Translations under genes and position numbers: made by a program
Part shown: positions 17,423 through 27,177 of the stretch, piece by piece
Position numbering within the stretch: the first letter of the stretch is position 1
Layout of the letters: every line of letters begins with the position of its first letter
Origin: a virus
Lineage: Duplodnaviria; Caudoviricetes
DNA length: 37,247 nucleotides
Strand: one strand, 5' to 3'
IMG/VR virus record: IMGVR_UViG_3300048058_000015
Span: 1 to 37,247 of that record
Notes under the pieces: model-generated
What the model saw: the letters and a program-made list of their open reading frames with translations, nothing else
Databases searched by the model: none
Told to the model about the DNA's origin: nothing

Positions 17423-17430
17423 CAAATATA
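17423..17430 (-). promoter_or_regulatory. Bacteroidota -7 element (TATATTTG) driving the minus-strand island
   Basis: CAAATATA on + strand, about 120 bp upstream of ATG 17305. Confidence 0.6.
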
Positions 17431-17516
17431 TACATATATACGGTATAAACCTAATATAACTGTAAATACTCGATGAAATGCACTAAACTTTAACATATAT
17501 TATTTTTAAAAACTAC

Positions 17517-17536
17517 TTGGACAATAAAATGTCCAA
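17517..17536. promoter_or_regulatory. Operator-like inverted repeat upstream of the head operon
   Basis: TTGGACA-N6-TGTCCAA, 33 bp before the ClpP gene. Confidence 0.45.
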
Positions 17537-17569
17537 CGATTAACCTCTATCCGGAAGTATATTTATCCA

Positions 17570-18631
17570 ATGAAGAATGAAATCTATCTTATTGGTGAGG
17601 TTGGCTATGATGTAACACTTCAATCTGTGGTGGATTTAGTAGGCAATACCGATGAGAACGAGCCTTTAACCATTCATATACATTCGCCGGGAGGCTCTGT
17701 TTACGACGGGCTTGCAATATATAATTATCTTAAAGGGTTAGATCGTGAAATACACACTAAATCCGTCGGACTTATTGCCAGTATTGCTTCTGTTTTCTTT
17801 TTAGTAGGCAAAACCAGAGCCATAAACGAGAGCGATAAATTTTTAATCCATCTCCCAATGGGCGGCGAATGGGGTAATGCTGAAGACTTGGAAAGAACCG
17901 CTGAAGAACTTAGAGACATTGAAGATCGTTTGGCCACCATCTATGAGTTGGAAACAAATCTCTCAAAAGACGAAGCACTAGAGCTTATGAACAAAGATGA
18001 GTTTTTAGGATTAGATTTTTTACAAGAAAAGGGATTTATTAATGAAATTATAAAATTCAAAGCAGTAGCAACTTTAAACAAAAATAAAATGAGTAATACA
18101 GGAGTGACAAAGCAAGAAGTTGAAGGGATTTTCGCTAAATTTTTCAAGAAACACTTTGGAAAAAAAGAGATTCAAGCGAAAATCGTTACGGACGCAAGCG
18201 GAACAGAGATTGATTTCTTTGATTTAGAAAGTAATGACAGTCCAAAAGTTGGTGACAAAGCAACAGTTGATGGTGAGAAAGCCGACGGTGATTTTTTAAT
18301 GCCTAATGAAGACACTTTGCGGTTTGTTAGTGGAGAATTAAAGGAAATAATTGAAGCTGAGGAATCAGATGAGGAATCAGATGAGGATGCGGAGGCGGTC
18401 TTAAAGGAAAAAGTTGAAAATCTCGAACAAGAGCTGGAATCTAAAGAAACGGAAATAACTAATAGTGAAGAAGAGATAACCGAATTGAAAGAAACCATAT
18501 CTAACATGAAAAAAGACTTTAAAAAACTTAAAGCGCAAGTCAGCGGAAGGTTCGATTACAAGGCAAAAAAGAAACATAAGAAAGAAGACGAAACAGCCCC
18601 AAAAACACGAAAATTATATAAACAAGATTAA
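17570..18631 (+). CDS. Prohead maturation protease (ClpP/S14 family) fused to scaffold-like coiled coil
   Basis: IHSPGGSVYDGLAIYN, ASIAS (catalytic Ser), FLIH, KGFI; acidic coiled-coil C-terminus. Confidence 0.9.
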   Translation: MKNEIYLIGEVGYDVTLQSVVDLVGNTDENEPLTIHIHSPGGSVYDGLAIYNYLKGLDREIHTKSVGLIASIASVFFLVGKTRAINESDKFLIHLPMGGEWGNAEDLERTAEELRDIEDRLATIYELETNLSKDEALELMNKDEFLGLDFLQEKGFINEIIKFKAVATLNKNKMSNTGVTKQEVEGIFAKFFKKHFGKKEIQAKIVTDASGTEIDFFDLESNDSPKVGDKATVDGEKADGDFLMPNEDTLRFVSGELKEIIEAEESDEESDEDAEAVLKEKVENLEQELESKETEITNSEEEITELKETISNMKKDFKKLKAQVSGRFDYKAKKKHKKEDETAPKTRKLYKQD

Positions 18632-18643
18632 ACTTAATTAATT

Positions 18644-19696
18644 ATGGCATCACAAATAGACGTTGCGGCATTAACGCTTAATCCAGAAGAGGAAACAGAC
18701 GTATCACAAGCGGTATTCGAAAAAACGTTCGTTACCGGAGAGTTAGCAGACGTTCACGACATACAAACAGGTATCCAGCACAAACAGCAGATTGTTTTTA
18801 TCGATCAGTTAGATGTGAATGGGGAAGCGTTTACGGGTTGTGTACCTGTAGAACAAACAGGACTAACTTTAACTGAGAAGTTTTGGGACCCCGCCCTTAT
18901 TGGGGGACGATGGACACATTGTGCGGAAGACCTCGACCAGCTTACAAAGCTATTCAAGAAAGCAGAGCGGGCCAACCCTGACCATTTTGACAGGATTGAT
19001 TCAGAGGAGCTTGGGATTGTTATGACCAGAATTATGCAATCAATGAAGACTTCTGTTGGAGCTAAGGCATGGTTATCAGATAAAGCGGCAGCGGCACAAC
19101 CAGGGGGTAACTTCACGGCATCAGGATTTAATGCGGGGTTATGGAATCAAATTGACGGACTTTGGCAACAGATATTTGCTGACGGAAATATTCCCGTATA
19201 TACAATCAGTGAGAATGCGGGTGCATCATACGCCGCACAAGAATTATCCGTAGATGAGGGGCAAACCATTTTACGTCAACTTTATGAAAATGCCGATTCC
19301 CGTCTTTTAGGAGAAGTTGACGCCCAAATATTAGTTACACGAAGCATCTGGGACAACTATCTAATTACAACCGAAAACACCCAAGGCCAGGGCGGAATAA
19401 TTGAGCGTCAGGAGAACGGTGTTACTAAGTTAGACTTTAGAGGCATACCGGTAAAGCGTATGGACGATTGGGATAGAACCATCAGAAAATACCAGGACAC
19501 TACCACTGCATGGTATAGACCACACCGGGCCCTTTTAACTACTGAAGGTAACATTCCACTAGGAACTTTGAATGAGTCTGATCTAGAGACTTTAACATCT
19601 TTTTATTTTCAAAAAGATCTGTCAAACATTATGGATGTCGCTTACTATTTAGATGCGAAATTCGGTGAAAGTTACTTAGCATCAGCGGCTTATTAA
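18644..19696 (+). CDS. Major capsid protein
   Basis: 350 aa directly after protease/scaffold; IDGLW and FRGIPV motifs typical of HK97-fold capsids. Confidence 0.8.
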   Translation: MASQIDVAALTLNPEEETDVSQAVFEKTFVTGELADVHDIQTGIQHKQQIVFIDQLDVNGEAFTGCVPVEQTGLTLTEKFWDPALIGGRWTHCAEDLDQLTKLFKKAERANPDHFDRIDSEELGIVMTRIMQSMKTSVGAKAWLSDKAAAAQPGGNFTASGFNAGLWNQIDGLWQQIFADGNIPVYTISENAGASYAAQELSVDEGQTILRQLYENADSRLLGEVDAQILVTRSIWDNYLITTENTQGQGGIIERQENGVTKLDFRGIPVKRMDDWDRTIRKYQDTTTAWYRPHRALLTTEGNIPLGTLNESDLETLTSFYFQKDLSNIMDVAYYLDAKFGESYLASAAY

Positions 19697-19714
19697 TCTT
19701 AAAAAACAAGGACA

Positions 19715-20302
19715 ATGGCATTAAATTGTGAAGAAAAATTAACGGCAGACATACTTAAAGACTGCGACAACAAAGCGTCTGGTGGTATTGAGGTTAACGT
19801 TGTGCTTATCAACTTTGACGACATCGATAAAGCAACTAGCGTTACCGATGCAAACGGAGTTATAACTAATCTATCTACAAAATCAGGAACATCCGGATTT
19901 TTCGTAGAAGGTGTGAAACAAGTCCAGGGGGCATCAGCTGAACTAGTAAAAAAAGAAGACGGTTTTGATAAATATACTCATCTATTTTCAGGCGTGGTTT
20001 TATCACCATCGGCTGAGAATAAAAAATCTTTATCCGAAATAGCCAGCGGCAGTAGTTATGTTGCGGTTATTGAAAAAAAATGGAAAGGTGACGCGCAGGA
20101 AGATGCTTTTGAAGTGCTTGGGTGGGATGTAGGACTGGTTATTTCAACCGTTGTTTGGAACACCAAAGAATCTGACGGGGTCATTAAGTTTGAATTGGCC
20201 TCCGAAGAAGGTTTCGAAGAACCAGAATTGCCAAGAAACAATCTTGAAACAAATTACGCGACTACTAAGTTAGCTTTTGATAATAAATATGCAACGGCAT
20301 AA
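19715..20302 (+). CDS. Putative major tail tube/structural protein
   Basis: C...L..DI..DC....GGI, FEVLG...GL motifs; follows the capsid gene. Confidence 0.6.
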   Translation: MALNCEEKLTADILKDCDNKASGGIEVNVVLINFDDIDKATSVTDANGVITNLSTKSGTSGFFVEGVKQVQGASAELVKKEDGFDKYTHLFSGVVLSPSAENKKSLSEIASGSSYVAVIEKKWKGDAQEDAFEVLGWDVGLVISTVVWNTKESDGVIKFELASEEGFEEPELPRNNLETNYATTKLAFDNKYATA

Positions 20303-20305
20303 AAT

Positions 20306-20905
20306 ATGAATAATTGGGGCGATTATGACAAGCAGACTATTTGGGCAGATAAAAAGCGTGGAGGTTTGCTTGTTTCTTTTTTGACTGATTACCGGGAGAT
20401 GTTTAATCAACAGGTGAACGCTAGTTGTAAAAAGTGTTTTGAAAATTACTATAATAATTACTTAAATTCGACAGGACAAATGGAAATAAAGAAAAACGAA
20501 TGCGACTACGAGTTGCTCGCAAAATATAATGGAATGCAAATAGGCCATGGAGGAAGACCTATAAGAAATGGTGAGATGACTAATAAAATCGCTAAAGAAT
20601 TACTTGAATGGCACCCATTAGGAGAGGGGTTGTTCAAAGTAACCCCTCTAAAAACACGTCATGCCGAAGAACTAGCTGCTTCTCAGGCTGCTTTTGCCGA
20701 AAAATTCAATAGAGAGTTAGCGGAAAAACACGCGGAAACACACGGAATCAAATCAGATGAGGAATTGACACTGACTGAATTACGTGAAAAACATCCTGAT
20801 TTTAAGTCAAATAGCAAAGCCGGGTTTCTAGCAAAACTACAAGAACCAGTTAAAGCTGAAGAAGAAGAAAGAATAGCGGCAGAGGCCAAATCAGATGACG
20901 AATAA
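20306..20905 (+). CDS. Hypothetical protein (head module), CxxC motif
   Basis: 199 aa ORF in operon. Confidence 0.6.
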   Translation: MNNWGDYDKQTIWADKKRGGLLVSFLTDYREMFNQQVNASCKKCFENYYNNYLNSTGQMEIKKNECDYELLAKYNGMQIGHGGRPIRNGEMTNKIAKELLEWHPLGEGLFKVTPLKTRHAEELAASQAAFAEKFNRELAEKHAETHGIKSDEELTLTELREKHPDFKSNSKAGFLAKLQEPVKAEEEERIAAEAKSDDE

Positions 20906-20927
20906 TAATATTTAACAATTATGCTGA

Positions 20928-22358
20928 ATGCACTTCAAATTCAAGCTTTTAGATTTATTCAAACGCCGCACAAAAACGGATAAAAGAACCGAAGTAATCT
21001 TCAATGGCGAGGATAATTTATATGCTGAAGTAATAGAAAGGCTTACCAATAATTCGGTAACCGCAAAAACATCTTCTAAGATAATGGCCTCTTATATTAT
21101 TGGAAATGGGTTTGGTGAAGAAAAAGACAAAACAATTATAAATTCCGAGACCAGACCTCAACTTACTCTTAGAGGTTTTGGTAATATCATGTCCCAAAAT
21201 GTCTCCGTGCAAAGAGGCGTGTGGGTGCACGCGCAATATAACAGTAATTTTGATGTCGACAGGTATAACATATTGCCCTATAGCCACTGTCGTTTAGGAA
21301 AAGAAGATGACAATGACTATAGCGGTAAGATTGTTGTGTATGATAATTGGGACATGAGTCAGGGTAGAATTAATAAAGATGACTTTTTAATTTTCGATGT
21401 TTTCAACCCCAGCAAAGAGGTTGTAGAGTATCAAATAGACGCCGCCGGCGGAATAGATGATTATAAGGGACAGGTTCTTTATGTTAATTTAGACGCCCAG
21501 TTTGACTATGCTTTAGGGACTATTGACGCCACAATGCAGGATTGTGACAGTGAGAGACAGGCATCTATTTATAAGAACTGTTCTTTAAGACGTGGTTTTT
21601 ATGGAAAAACATTAGTAGTAACCAAGCCTCTTGCCGGAGGAATAGAAGGGGATCATGATCACGACATAAAAGAGCGAAAGGAAATAGAAAGCGAAAGGAA
21701 GAATTTTAAAAAGACAATGGAAGGCTTTTTAGGTGCTGAAAACACAGGAGGGCTTCTACATGTAGAGGTTGATCATGATGGAGATAATCTGGACGAAGCT
21801 TTTAAGGTTGAGCGCATTGATAGTGATATAGACGATAAGATGTTTGCTTTTACGGAAGGTTCTATTTTTAAAAATATCCTAATGTCCTTTAACAACATCC
21901 CCTCAGGATTGGTGCGTAGCGATAACTCTTTGTTTTCCGCTAATGGGGAATCTTTAGAAGTTATGAAGGAGACTTATCAGGAAAATACTGAATTCGAAAG
22001 AGACACGGTTGAAGAAATTATCAACATGTTAATGTCTTTTTTTAAGGATGATCTGGGTGAGTTAAAAATTATACCCCTAATCTCAACACCTAAAACACAG
22101 GCGGGAGAGGCCGGAGAAGTAGTAACCAGTGAAGACGATGACATTAAAAAGAAAGCGCAAGCGGCTTTAAAAGGAAGTGTTGGAGGAGTGACTGCGCTTC
22201 TTGAGATACAGAAAAGCGTAACAGACGGTGCTACAGATAGAGATTCTGCACTGACAATTATCGAAGAGATATTCGGCATAGACCGGGAATTAGCGGGTAG
22301 GATGCTTGGAGAAGTAAAGGAGGAACCAGAGGAACCAGAAAAAACAGAAGATGCCTAG
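20928..22358 (+). CDS. Portal protein
   Basis: 476 aa; NGEDNLY, YIIGNGF, F.GAENTG, FNNIP..L motifs; no other portal candidate. Confidence 0.8.
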   Translation: MHFKFKLLDLFKRRTKTDKRTEVIFNGEDNLYAEVIERLTNNSVTAKTSSKIMASYIIGNGFGEEKDKTIINSETRPQLTLRGFGNIMSQNVSVQRGVWVHAQYNSNFDVDRYNILPYSHCRLGKEDDNDYSGKIVVYDNWDMSQGRINKDDFLIFDVFNPSKEVVEYQIDAAGGIDDYKGQVLYVNLDAQFDYALGTIDATMQDCDSERQASIYKNCSLRRGFYGKTLVVTKPLAGGIEGDHDHDIKERKEIESERKNFKKTMEGFLGAENTGGLLHVEVDHDGDNLDEAFKVERIDSDIDDKMFAFTEGSIFKNILMSFNNIPSGLVRSDNSLFSANGESLEVMKETYQENTEFERDTVEEIINMLMSFFKDDLGELKIIPLISTPKTQAGEAGEVVTSEDDDIKKKAQAALKGSVGGVTALLEIQKSVTDGATDRDSALTIIEEIFGIDRELAGRMLGEVKEEPEEPEKTEDA

Positions 22359-22866
22359 AAGATTACTAATAAACCTTACCGATTATTCGGATTTTAAACA
22401 GATGTCACAGACCGCTTTTAACAGCACTATTGATCAATTTACCAATGATGCGCAGGAGCATGATGTTCAGGAGTTGCTAGGAAGGGATTTTTACAATGAT
22501 CTGTTAAGGAATTATGATTCGACAGAGTACCAGGCGTTGCTTAATCCAGGGGATTATGTGTTTGAAAGCACGACTTATTATAACGTGGGCTTGAAGTCTG
22601 TTATTGTTCATTACGGGTATGCCAGGTACAAGTTTTTAGGGAGTAATCAGGACACGCCTTTCGGAACGGTTGTAAAGCATTCAGAATCAAGCAGCCCAAG
22701 TTCAGATGTGACCTTAAAAAATATATGGAAAGAAAACAGGAATATGGCTTACACTTATTGGGAAAATGTCAAAGAATTCTTAGACAGGAATTCAGACGAC
22801 TACCCTCTTTATGAAAGCCAGTGCAGGACTAATAAGAATAGGTTCAGAATTTCACGAATAGGATGA
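22351..22866 (+). CDS. Putative head-tail adaptor
   Basis: AQ..DV..LLG.DFY..L helical pattern; overlaps portal stop. Confidence 0.6.
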   Translation: MPRRLLINLTDYSDFKQMSQTAFNSTIDQFTNDAQEHDVQELLGRDFYNDLLRNYDSTEYQALLNPGDYVFESTTYYNVGLKSVIVHYGYARYKFLGSNQDTPFGTVVKHSESSSPSSDVTLKNIWKENRNMAYTYWENVKEFLDRNSDDYPLYESQCRTNKNRFRISRIG

Positions 22867-22893
22867 ATTAATATTAACCATAAATAGGGAATT

Positions 22894-24330
22894 ATGGCAA
22901 CAAGAATTTTTTTAGAGGAAGGGTACTTGAACTTTGTAGATGATGACGATACAGAGGTGAGTGAAAGAGTGTTGGATGATGATTTTTTCTACCAACTTGC
23001 CAATGATTTGTTCGCGTTTTATAAGCTGCGATTAAATGACCTTATTTTGTCAATTTATTTTAGTGACATACGAGATAAAAACGGGAATTCTTACTCAAAC
23101 ATTAAGGAATTCGAAAAAGAAATTAACCAGGGAAGAAAACAAGTAGCACTTTCCAATGTACACACCAGTCCAACCGGGAATATAAGCGTCTCTGAAGCAT
23201 CACTTATCTTTAATTTGGATTTTGAATACACGGTTGACAATGACGACGTTATTACTAAAGATCTTACCGGAGGAGGAAGTGTAGTGCAGTCCAATGGAAT
23301 GGCTGTTATAAGCACGTCGATTACAACAGGCAGTCTTGCGCTATTGTCCGGGAGGGTTCCTACTATATATAATGCGGGGCAGTCAGGTGTTCTTTTATTT
23401 TCTGTTTTATTCGAATCTTCCGCCGCAAACACTGAACAGTATATCGGTTTAATCGATGAGCAGGGATCAACATCCGCCTTTAAAAACGGTTTGGTCTTGG
23501 GTTATGACGGTACTACTTTTGGGTTTCATAAATTCAAAAATGATATAAAAACCACCATACCATCAAGTCAATGGCAGGACCCTTTAGATGGGACCGGAAA
23601 AAGCGGTGCAGTCTTAGACACAACGAAGCTTAACGTTTTTAAATTGGAGTACCATAATTTGCCTGTTGGAGTTATTAACATTTTTTTTGAAACAAAAGAC
23701 GGTGAATTCATACATGTATATTCGGAGAACAACTCCGGACAAGATATAGAACCAAGGATTTTTAATGCCAATCTGTTGTTTAAAGCGTGTGCGTCCAACA
23801 AAGCCACTACTGTGGACCTGGTTTTAAAATGTTCATTTGCGTCTTACTTTATTGAAGGAAAGACTAATCTTATAGCATTGCATCAGTCACAACATTCTAC
23901 CTCTGTAGTTTCTAAGTCTACAGTGACCGCCAGGGTTCCTGTTTTGACCATTAGAAACAAAGCCACGTATGCAGGAGGCAAGAATTTTATAACAATTATC
24001 TTAGAAAGATACGGGTTTTCGGTGGAAGCCTCATCTGCTAATAATCTCGCCGAATTTATATTGATAAAAAACGGAACTTTGGGGGGCACTCCTTCCTTTG
24101 TCGATATACACACTAATAATTCAGTGGTTGAATTAGACACCTCCGCTACTAGCGTGAGTGATGGTAGAGAGCTTTTAGGATCTCCACTTGCGGGTAAAAA
24201 CGATAAATCTATAGAATCTTTGACGGAATATAATTTTCTTGTTGGTCCGGGAGAAACAATTACATTAGCAGCAGAAAGTGATAATTCAGCAACAATGCGT
24301 GGTGAGTTATTATGGAAAGAATTAATTTAA
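22894..24330 (+). CDS. Virion structural protein, beta-rich
   Basis: 478 aa; IP.S.W.DPLDGTG.SG..LD.TK and C-terminal L.WKE motifs found in phage structural proteins. Confidence 0.6.
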   Translation: MATRIFLEEGYLNFVDDDDTEVSERVLDDDFFYQLANDLFAFYKLRLNDLILSIYFSDIRDKNGNSYSNIKEFEKEINQGRKQVALSNVHTSPTGNISVSEASLIFNLDFEYTVDNDDVITKDLTGGGSVVQSNGMAVISTSITTGSLALLSGRVPTIYNAGQSGVLLFSVLFESSAANTEQYIGLIDEQGSTSAFKNGLVLGYDGTTFGFHKFKNDIKTTIPSSQWQDPLDGTGKSGAVLDTTKLNVFKLEYHNLPVGVINIFFETKDGEFIHVYSENNSGQDIEPRIFNANLLFKACASNKATTVDLVLKCSFASYFIEGKTNLIALHQSQHSTSVVSKSTVTARVPVLTIRNKATYAGGKNFITIILERYGFSVEASSANNLAEFILIKNGTLGGTPSFVDIHTNNSVVELDTSATSVSDGRELLGSPLAGKNDKSIESLTEYNFLVGPGETITLAAESDNSATMRGELLWKELI

Positions 24331-24340
24331 AAATAAAACA

Positions 24341-24721
24341 ATGGCAGTAACATTCAATGGAACAAAAAACAGTCTTGACGCTAACCAATTGCCCAGCGGT
24401 TATAGTCGTCCGGTTGTTGTAGAGATCTCTGATGCGGAGTATGTCTTTACAAAAGAAATAAGCGTGCTTAAAAGCACGGTTGAAAATGCAACAGCATCAA
24501 CAACTATGACTAATATTTTTGAAGATGTAGGAATAGGATTAAACGCTGTAATAGAAGCTGATATAACAGCTGATTTTGACGCAACCAAGACCGTTACAGC
24601 ACATGCTGACCTTACGGCTCTTAAGACTAATCTATCAAGCCTTACAGGGTCTGGTGATTGGTTAACTAACGCAGTTGTTAATTATCTTGCAACTGTTACA
24701 ATATATGTAAAAGTGGTTTAA
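24341..24721 (+). CDS. Hypothetical structural protein
   Basis: 126 aa, Thr/Ala/Val-rich. Confidence 0.55.
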   Translation: MAVTFNGTKNSLDANQLPSGYSRPVVVEISDAEYVFTKEISVLKSTVENATASTTMTNIFEDVGIGLNAVIEADITADFDATKTVTAHADLTALKTNLSSLTGSGDWLTNAVVNYLATVTIYVKVV

Positions 24722-24738
24722 TTAATAGTTGAGGGGCT

Positions 24739-25086
24739 ATGATAAGTAATAATAATAATATGATTCTTTACTTTTACACCTTTTTATTCAAGGGTATAAT
24801 GTTGTTGTTTAACCTCTGTTTGGGGTGGTTAGGGTTGATGGTGATTTTTCAAAACACCTTAGATGATAATATAGTTAATATTTTTTTGGATTCTGTTCCC
24901 TCACAATTTGGCATGTGGATAGGTTTTATTTACCTTTTTGTTATGTTAATTAGAAAAATAAGTGATACATGGAAGGCTCACAGGACTAATTTTTATGAGG
25001 TTAAAAAAGCAAAAGAATCATACAAGCAATCAAAAATCATCACTCAAAAGAAGTCGAATGAACTTAACAAGTTAGATGGGATATAA
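24739..25086 (+). CDS. Membrane protein, holin/antiholin candidate
   Basis: Two hydrophobic segments and a basic tail, overlaps the endolysin start. Confidence 0.55.
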   Translation: MISNNNNMILYFYTFLFKGIMLLFNLCLGWLGLMVIFQNTLDDNIVNIFLDSVPSQFGMWIGFIYLFVMLIRKISDTWKAHRTNFYEVKKAKESYKQSKIITQKKSNELNKLDGI

Positions 25087-25549
25087 TTACGGAAAAAATA
25101 GCGATGCGGAATTAAATGGTTGTCATTCTGATTTACAAAAAATAATGAGGCTTGCAATTTCCAGAAGTAAAGTTGATTGGGGTATCTCAGAAGGACATAG
25201 AACTGTTGAAAGGCAAAACCAACTATTTATTGAAGGAAAATCAAAGATAGACGGTGTTACCAAGCTTGGAAAGCACAACTTAATTCCTAGTGAAGCGGTT
25301 GACATCTTTGGATATCACCCGGATTTAAAAACAAGAAGAAAATTAGCTTATGATAAAACAACCTTAAGCTACATTGCCGGGATTATTGATTCATGCGCCT
25401 ATGAATTATGGGAATCAGGAGAAACCGCCCACCTAATTAGGTGGGGTGCTAACTGGGATTCTGATGGGATTATTGACTATGATCAATCTTTTGATGACTT
25501 CCCGCATTTTGAATTAATTAAGAATATTAGTCGTGGGAAAACAACTTAA
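25076..25549 (+). CDS. Endolysin, M15 family (L-Ala-D-Glu peptidase-like)
   Basis: EGHRT.ERQ..L...GKS, H......D zinc ligands, RWG..W, D.PHFEL. Confidence 0.88.
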   Translation: MGYNYGKNSDAELNGCHSDLQKIMRLAISRSKVDWGISEGHRTVERQNQLFIEGKSKIDGVTKLGKHNLIPSEAVDIFGYHPDLKTRRKLAYDKTTLSYIAGIIDSCAYELWESGETAHLIRWGANWDSDGIIDYDQSFDDFPHFELIKNISRGKTT

Positions 25550-25985
25550 AAATGACGGCAAGGGTACTTTCTTTGGTAACTTATTAAGAGGTGCCTTAAA
25601 GACAGGTGAAAAGATTGGAGTACCTTTATTAGATGCAATTAGCGGTGGTAAGGTTACTGATATCATTAAGGCGATTTCGGAAGATAAGGAGCTTACACAA
25701 GAAGAAAAAGAAATGCTAATCGCAGAAATGCAGAAAGACATTGAACACGAAAGAGAGTTAACAAAAAGATGGGAATCAGATAATAAATCTCAGGATTGGT
25801 TGCCCAGAAATATAAGACCTTTGGTAGTCGCTAACTTTACTTTACTCATTGATTATGTGATAATAGCGGGAACGCATGGAACAAAATTAGGAGAAACTTA
25901 TCTGCCTCTTTTAATGACAATGGGCGTAACAGCGGTAGGGGGTTACTTTACTTTGCGCGAATTTGGAAAAAGCAGACATTCCTGA
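25533..25985 (+). CDS. Holin (3TM/GTA-holin-like)
   Basis: RWESD..S..WL.RNIRP followed by hydrophobic helices and GGYF..R...K. Confidence 0.75.
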   Translation: MGKQLKNDGKGTFFGNLLRGALKTGEKIGVPLLDAISGGKVTDIIKAISEDKELTQEEKEMLIAEMQKDIEHERELTKRWESDNKSQDWLPRNIRPLVVANFTLLIDYVIIAGTHGTKLGETYLPLLMTMGVTAVGGYFTLREFGKSRHS

Positions 25986-26016
25986 AAAGTTAAATCTAAA
26001 CAATTTATTTAAAATA

Positions 26017-26048
26017 TTTGGTGGTTTAAAATAAGTTTTATATATTTG
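26017..26048 (+). promoter_or_regulatory. Bacteroidota sigma-A promoter for the early region
   Basis: TTTG (26017-26020), N20, TATATTTG (26041-26048): full -33/-7 consensus. Confidence 0.75.
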
Positions 26049-26076
26049 TGCTGTTAAACAAAACAAAAACAGTGAA

Positions 26077-26322
26077 ATGAACTCTCCGATAACATCAAAC
26101 ATCAAAAAAATCTCTTATGAGGTGGGTGATCCTTTTGTTTGCGTCGCTCCTTTTAAAGACTTTGAAAAAGGTGAAAAGTATATAGTATTTAAAATAATAG
26201 AATATAGATGGAGCAGTGAATGTGCTTACTACGCATACACTCATAAGGGAAAGTTTGATTTAAAGCCTCCTAAATTAACATCATTTCACGATAATGATTT
26301 TAATAAAATAATCAAGCTATAG
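26077..26322 (+). CDS. Hypothetical protein
   Basis: First ORF after the early promoter. Confidence 0.55.
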   Translation: MNSPITSNIKKISYEVGDPFVCVAPFKDFEKGEKYIVFKIIEYRWSSECAYYAYTHKGKFDLKPPKLTSFHDNDFNKIIKL

Positions 26323-26326
26323 AATC

Positions 26327-26608
26327 ATGAGAAAAAAAGAATTTAGAATATTAGAGGTCGATGGATGCTTTCGTGTTCAAAGACAATTTAAAGAGAAGAA
26401 GCTTGTGAGAAGAGGCTTGTTAAAGAATGATTATGAATTCATTATGGAATGGCAAGCTGTATGTGAAAAAGGTTGCCAAACTATTTATTTTGATTCTTTT
26501 GGGGGGTGGGTAAGCCCTCCTCAAAAACCTTTCAAATCTATGAAAAAAGCTCGGGCATTTATCATTAGGGTTTGCGAAAAACCTAAATATCATTATCCGT
26601 TTAAATAA
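26327..26608 (+). CDS. Hypothetical protein
   Basis: 93 aa, closely packed. Confidence 0.6.
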   Translation: MRKKEFRILEVDGCFRVQRQFKEKKLVRRGLLKNDYEFIMEWQAVCEKGCQTIYFDSFGGWVSPPQKPFKSMKKARAFIIRVCEKPKYHYPFK

Positions 26609-26615
26609 AACAATC

Positions 26616-26804
26616 ATGAAAACTAAAATCAACACTTTTTTAATATTGGCAATTATTTTTTTAATATCCACTATAATAGCGGTTTGGATTGACACTGATT
26701 TTGTCGCAAAAATCCTTGTAACAGAACTTTTTGGCTTTGCTTTGTATATACTTATAAAAGATCGCAAGGCTATTATTGCTATTATTAAAGAGCTTACGAA
26801 ATGA
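26616..26804 (+). CDS. Small two-TM membrane protein
   Basis: Two hydrophobic stretches. Confidence 0.55.
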   Translation: MKTKINTFLILAIIFLISTIIAVWIDTDFVAKILVTELFGFALYILIKDRKAIIAIIKELTK

Positions 26805-26952
26805 ATTTACTGATTACAATGCCTAAAGCTTGGAATCCATCCAGAAAGAACGGTTTTAATAGGTGGATTAATAAGGTTCACAATTACGTAGAACGCAAAA
26901 ACTTTAAGAAATAAAAATGGCAAATAGAAGTAGACTTTAAAGAAGTAGTATA

Positions 26953-27177
26953 ATGACAACACATCAAAGGCTTAGATCAAAGTGGAGTGCCGCCGAATTT
27001 GGAGTAAAGACGAGAGTTTTTCAAGAGCATTTGCAACAGAAAATTGAGTATATATTAAAAACCGAAACCTACTCCAAAGAGGAAGTAATGCTAGAGATAA
27101 TGGCCTCTATAGAAAAGCATTCTAAAGAGGTGGTTAAGGAGGCAAAATATATGGACAGCAAAATACAGGGCTCATGA
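26953..27177 (+). CDS. Hypothetical protein
   Basis: 74 aa, coupled to next ORF. Confidence 0.55.
   Translation: MTTHQRLRSKWSAAEFGVKTRVFQEHLQQKIEYILKTETYSKEEVMLEIMASIEKHSKEVVKEAKYMDSKIQGS

Noticed and set aside
17306-17425. N-terminal extension of the 142-aa ORF in the track
   Set aside because: TTG start lies within the promoter element and the extension covers the non-coding 45-bp repeat; ATG 17305 has the shared leader
18360-18387. 12-bp tandem repeat GAGGAATCAGAT
   Set aside because: Ordinary acidic linker (EESD) in the scaffold region
5113-24588. Many minus-strand ORFs inside structural genes (for example 12052-12567, 18172-18507, 23091-23432)
   Set aside because: Fully antisense to well-supported genes, with low-complexity shadow composition
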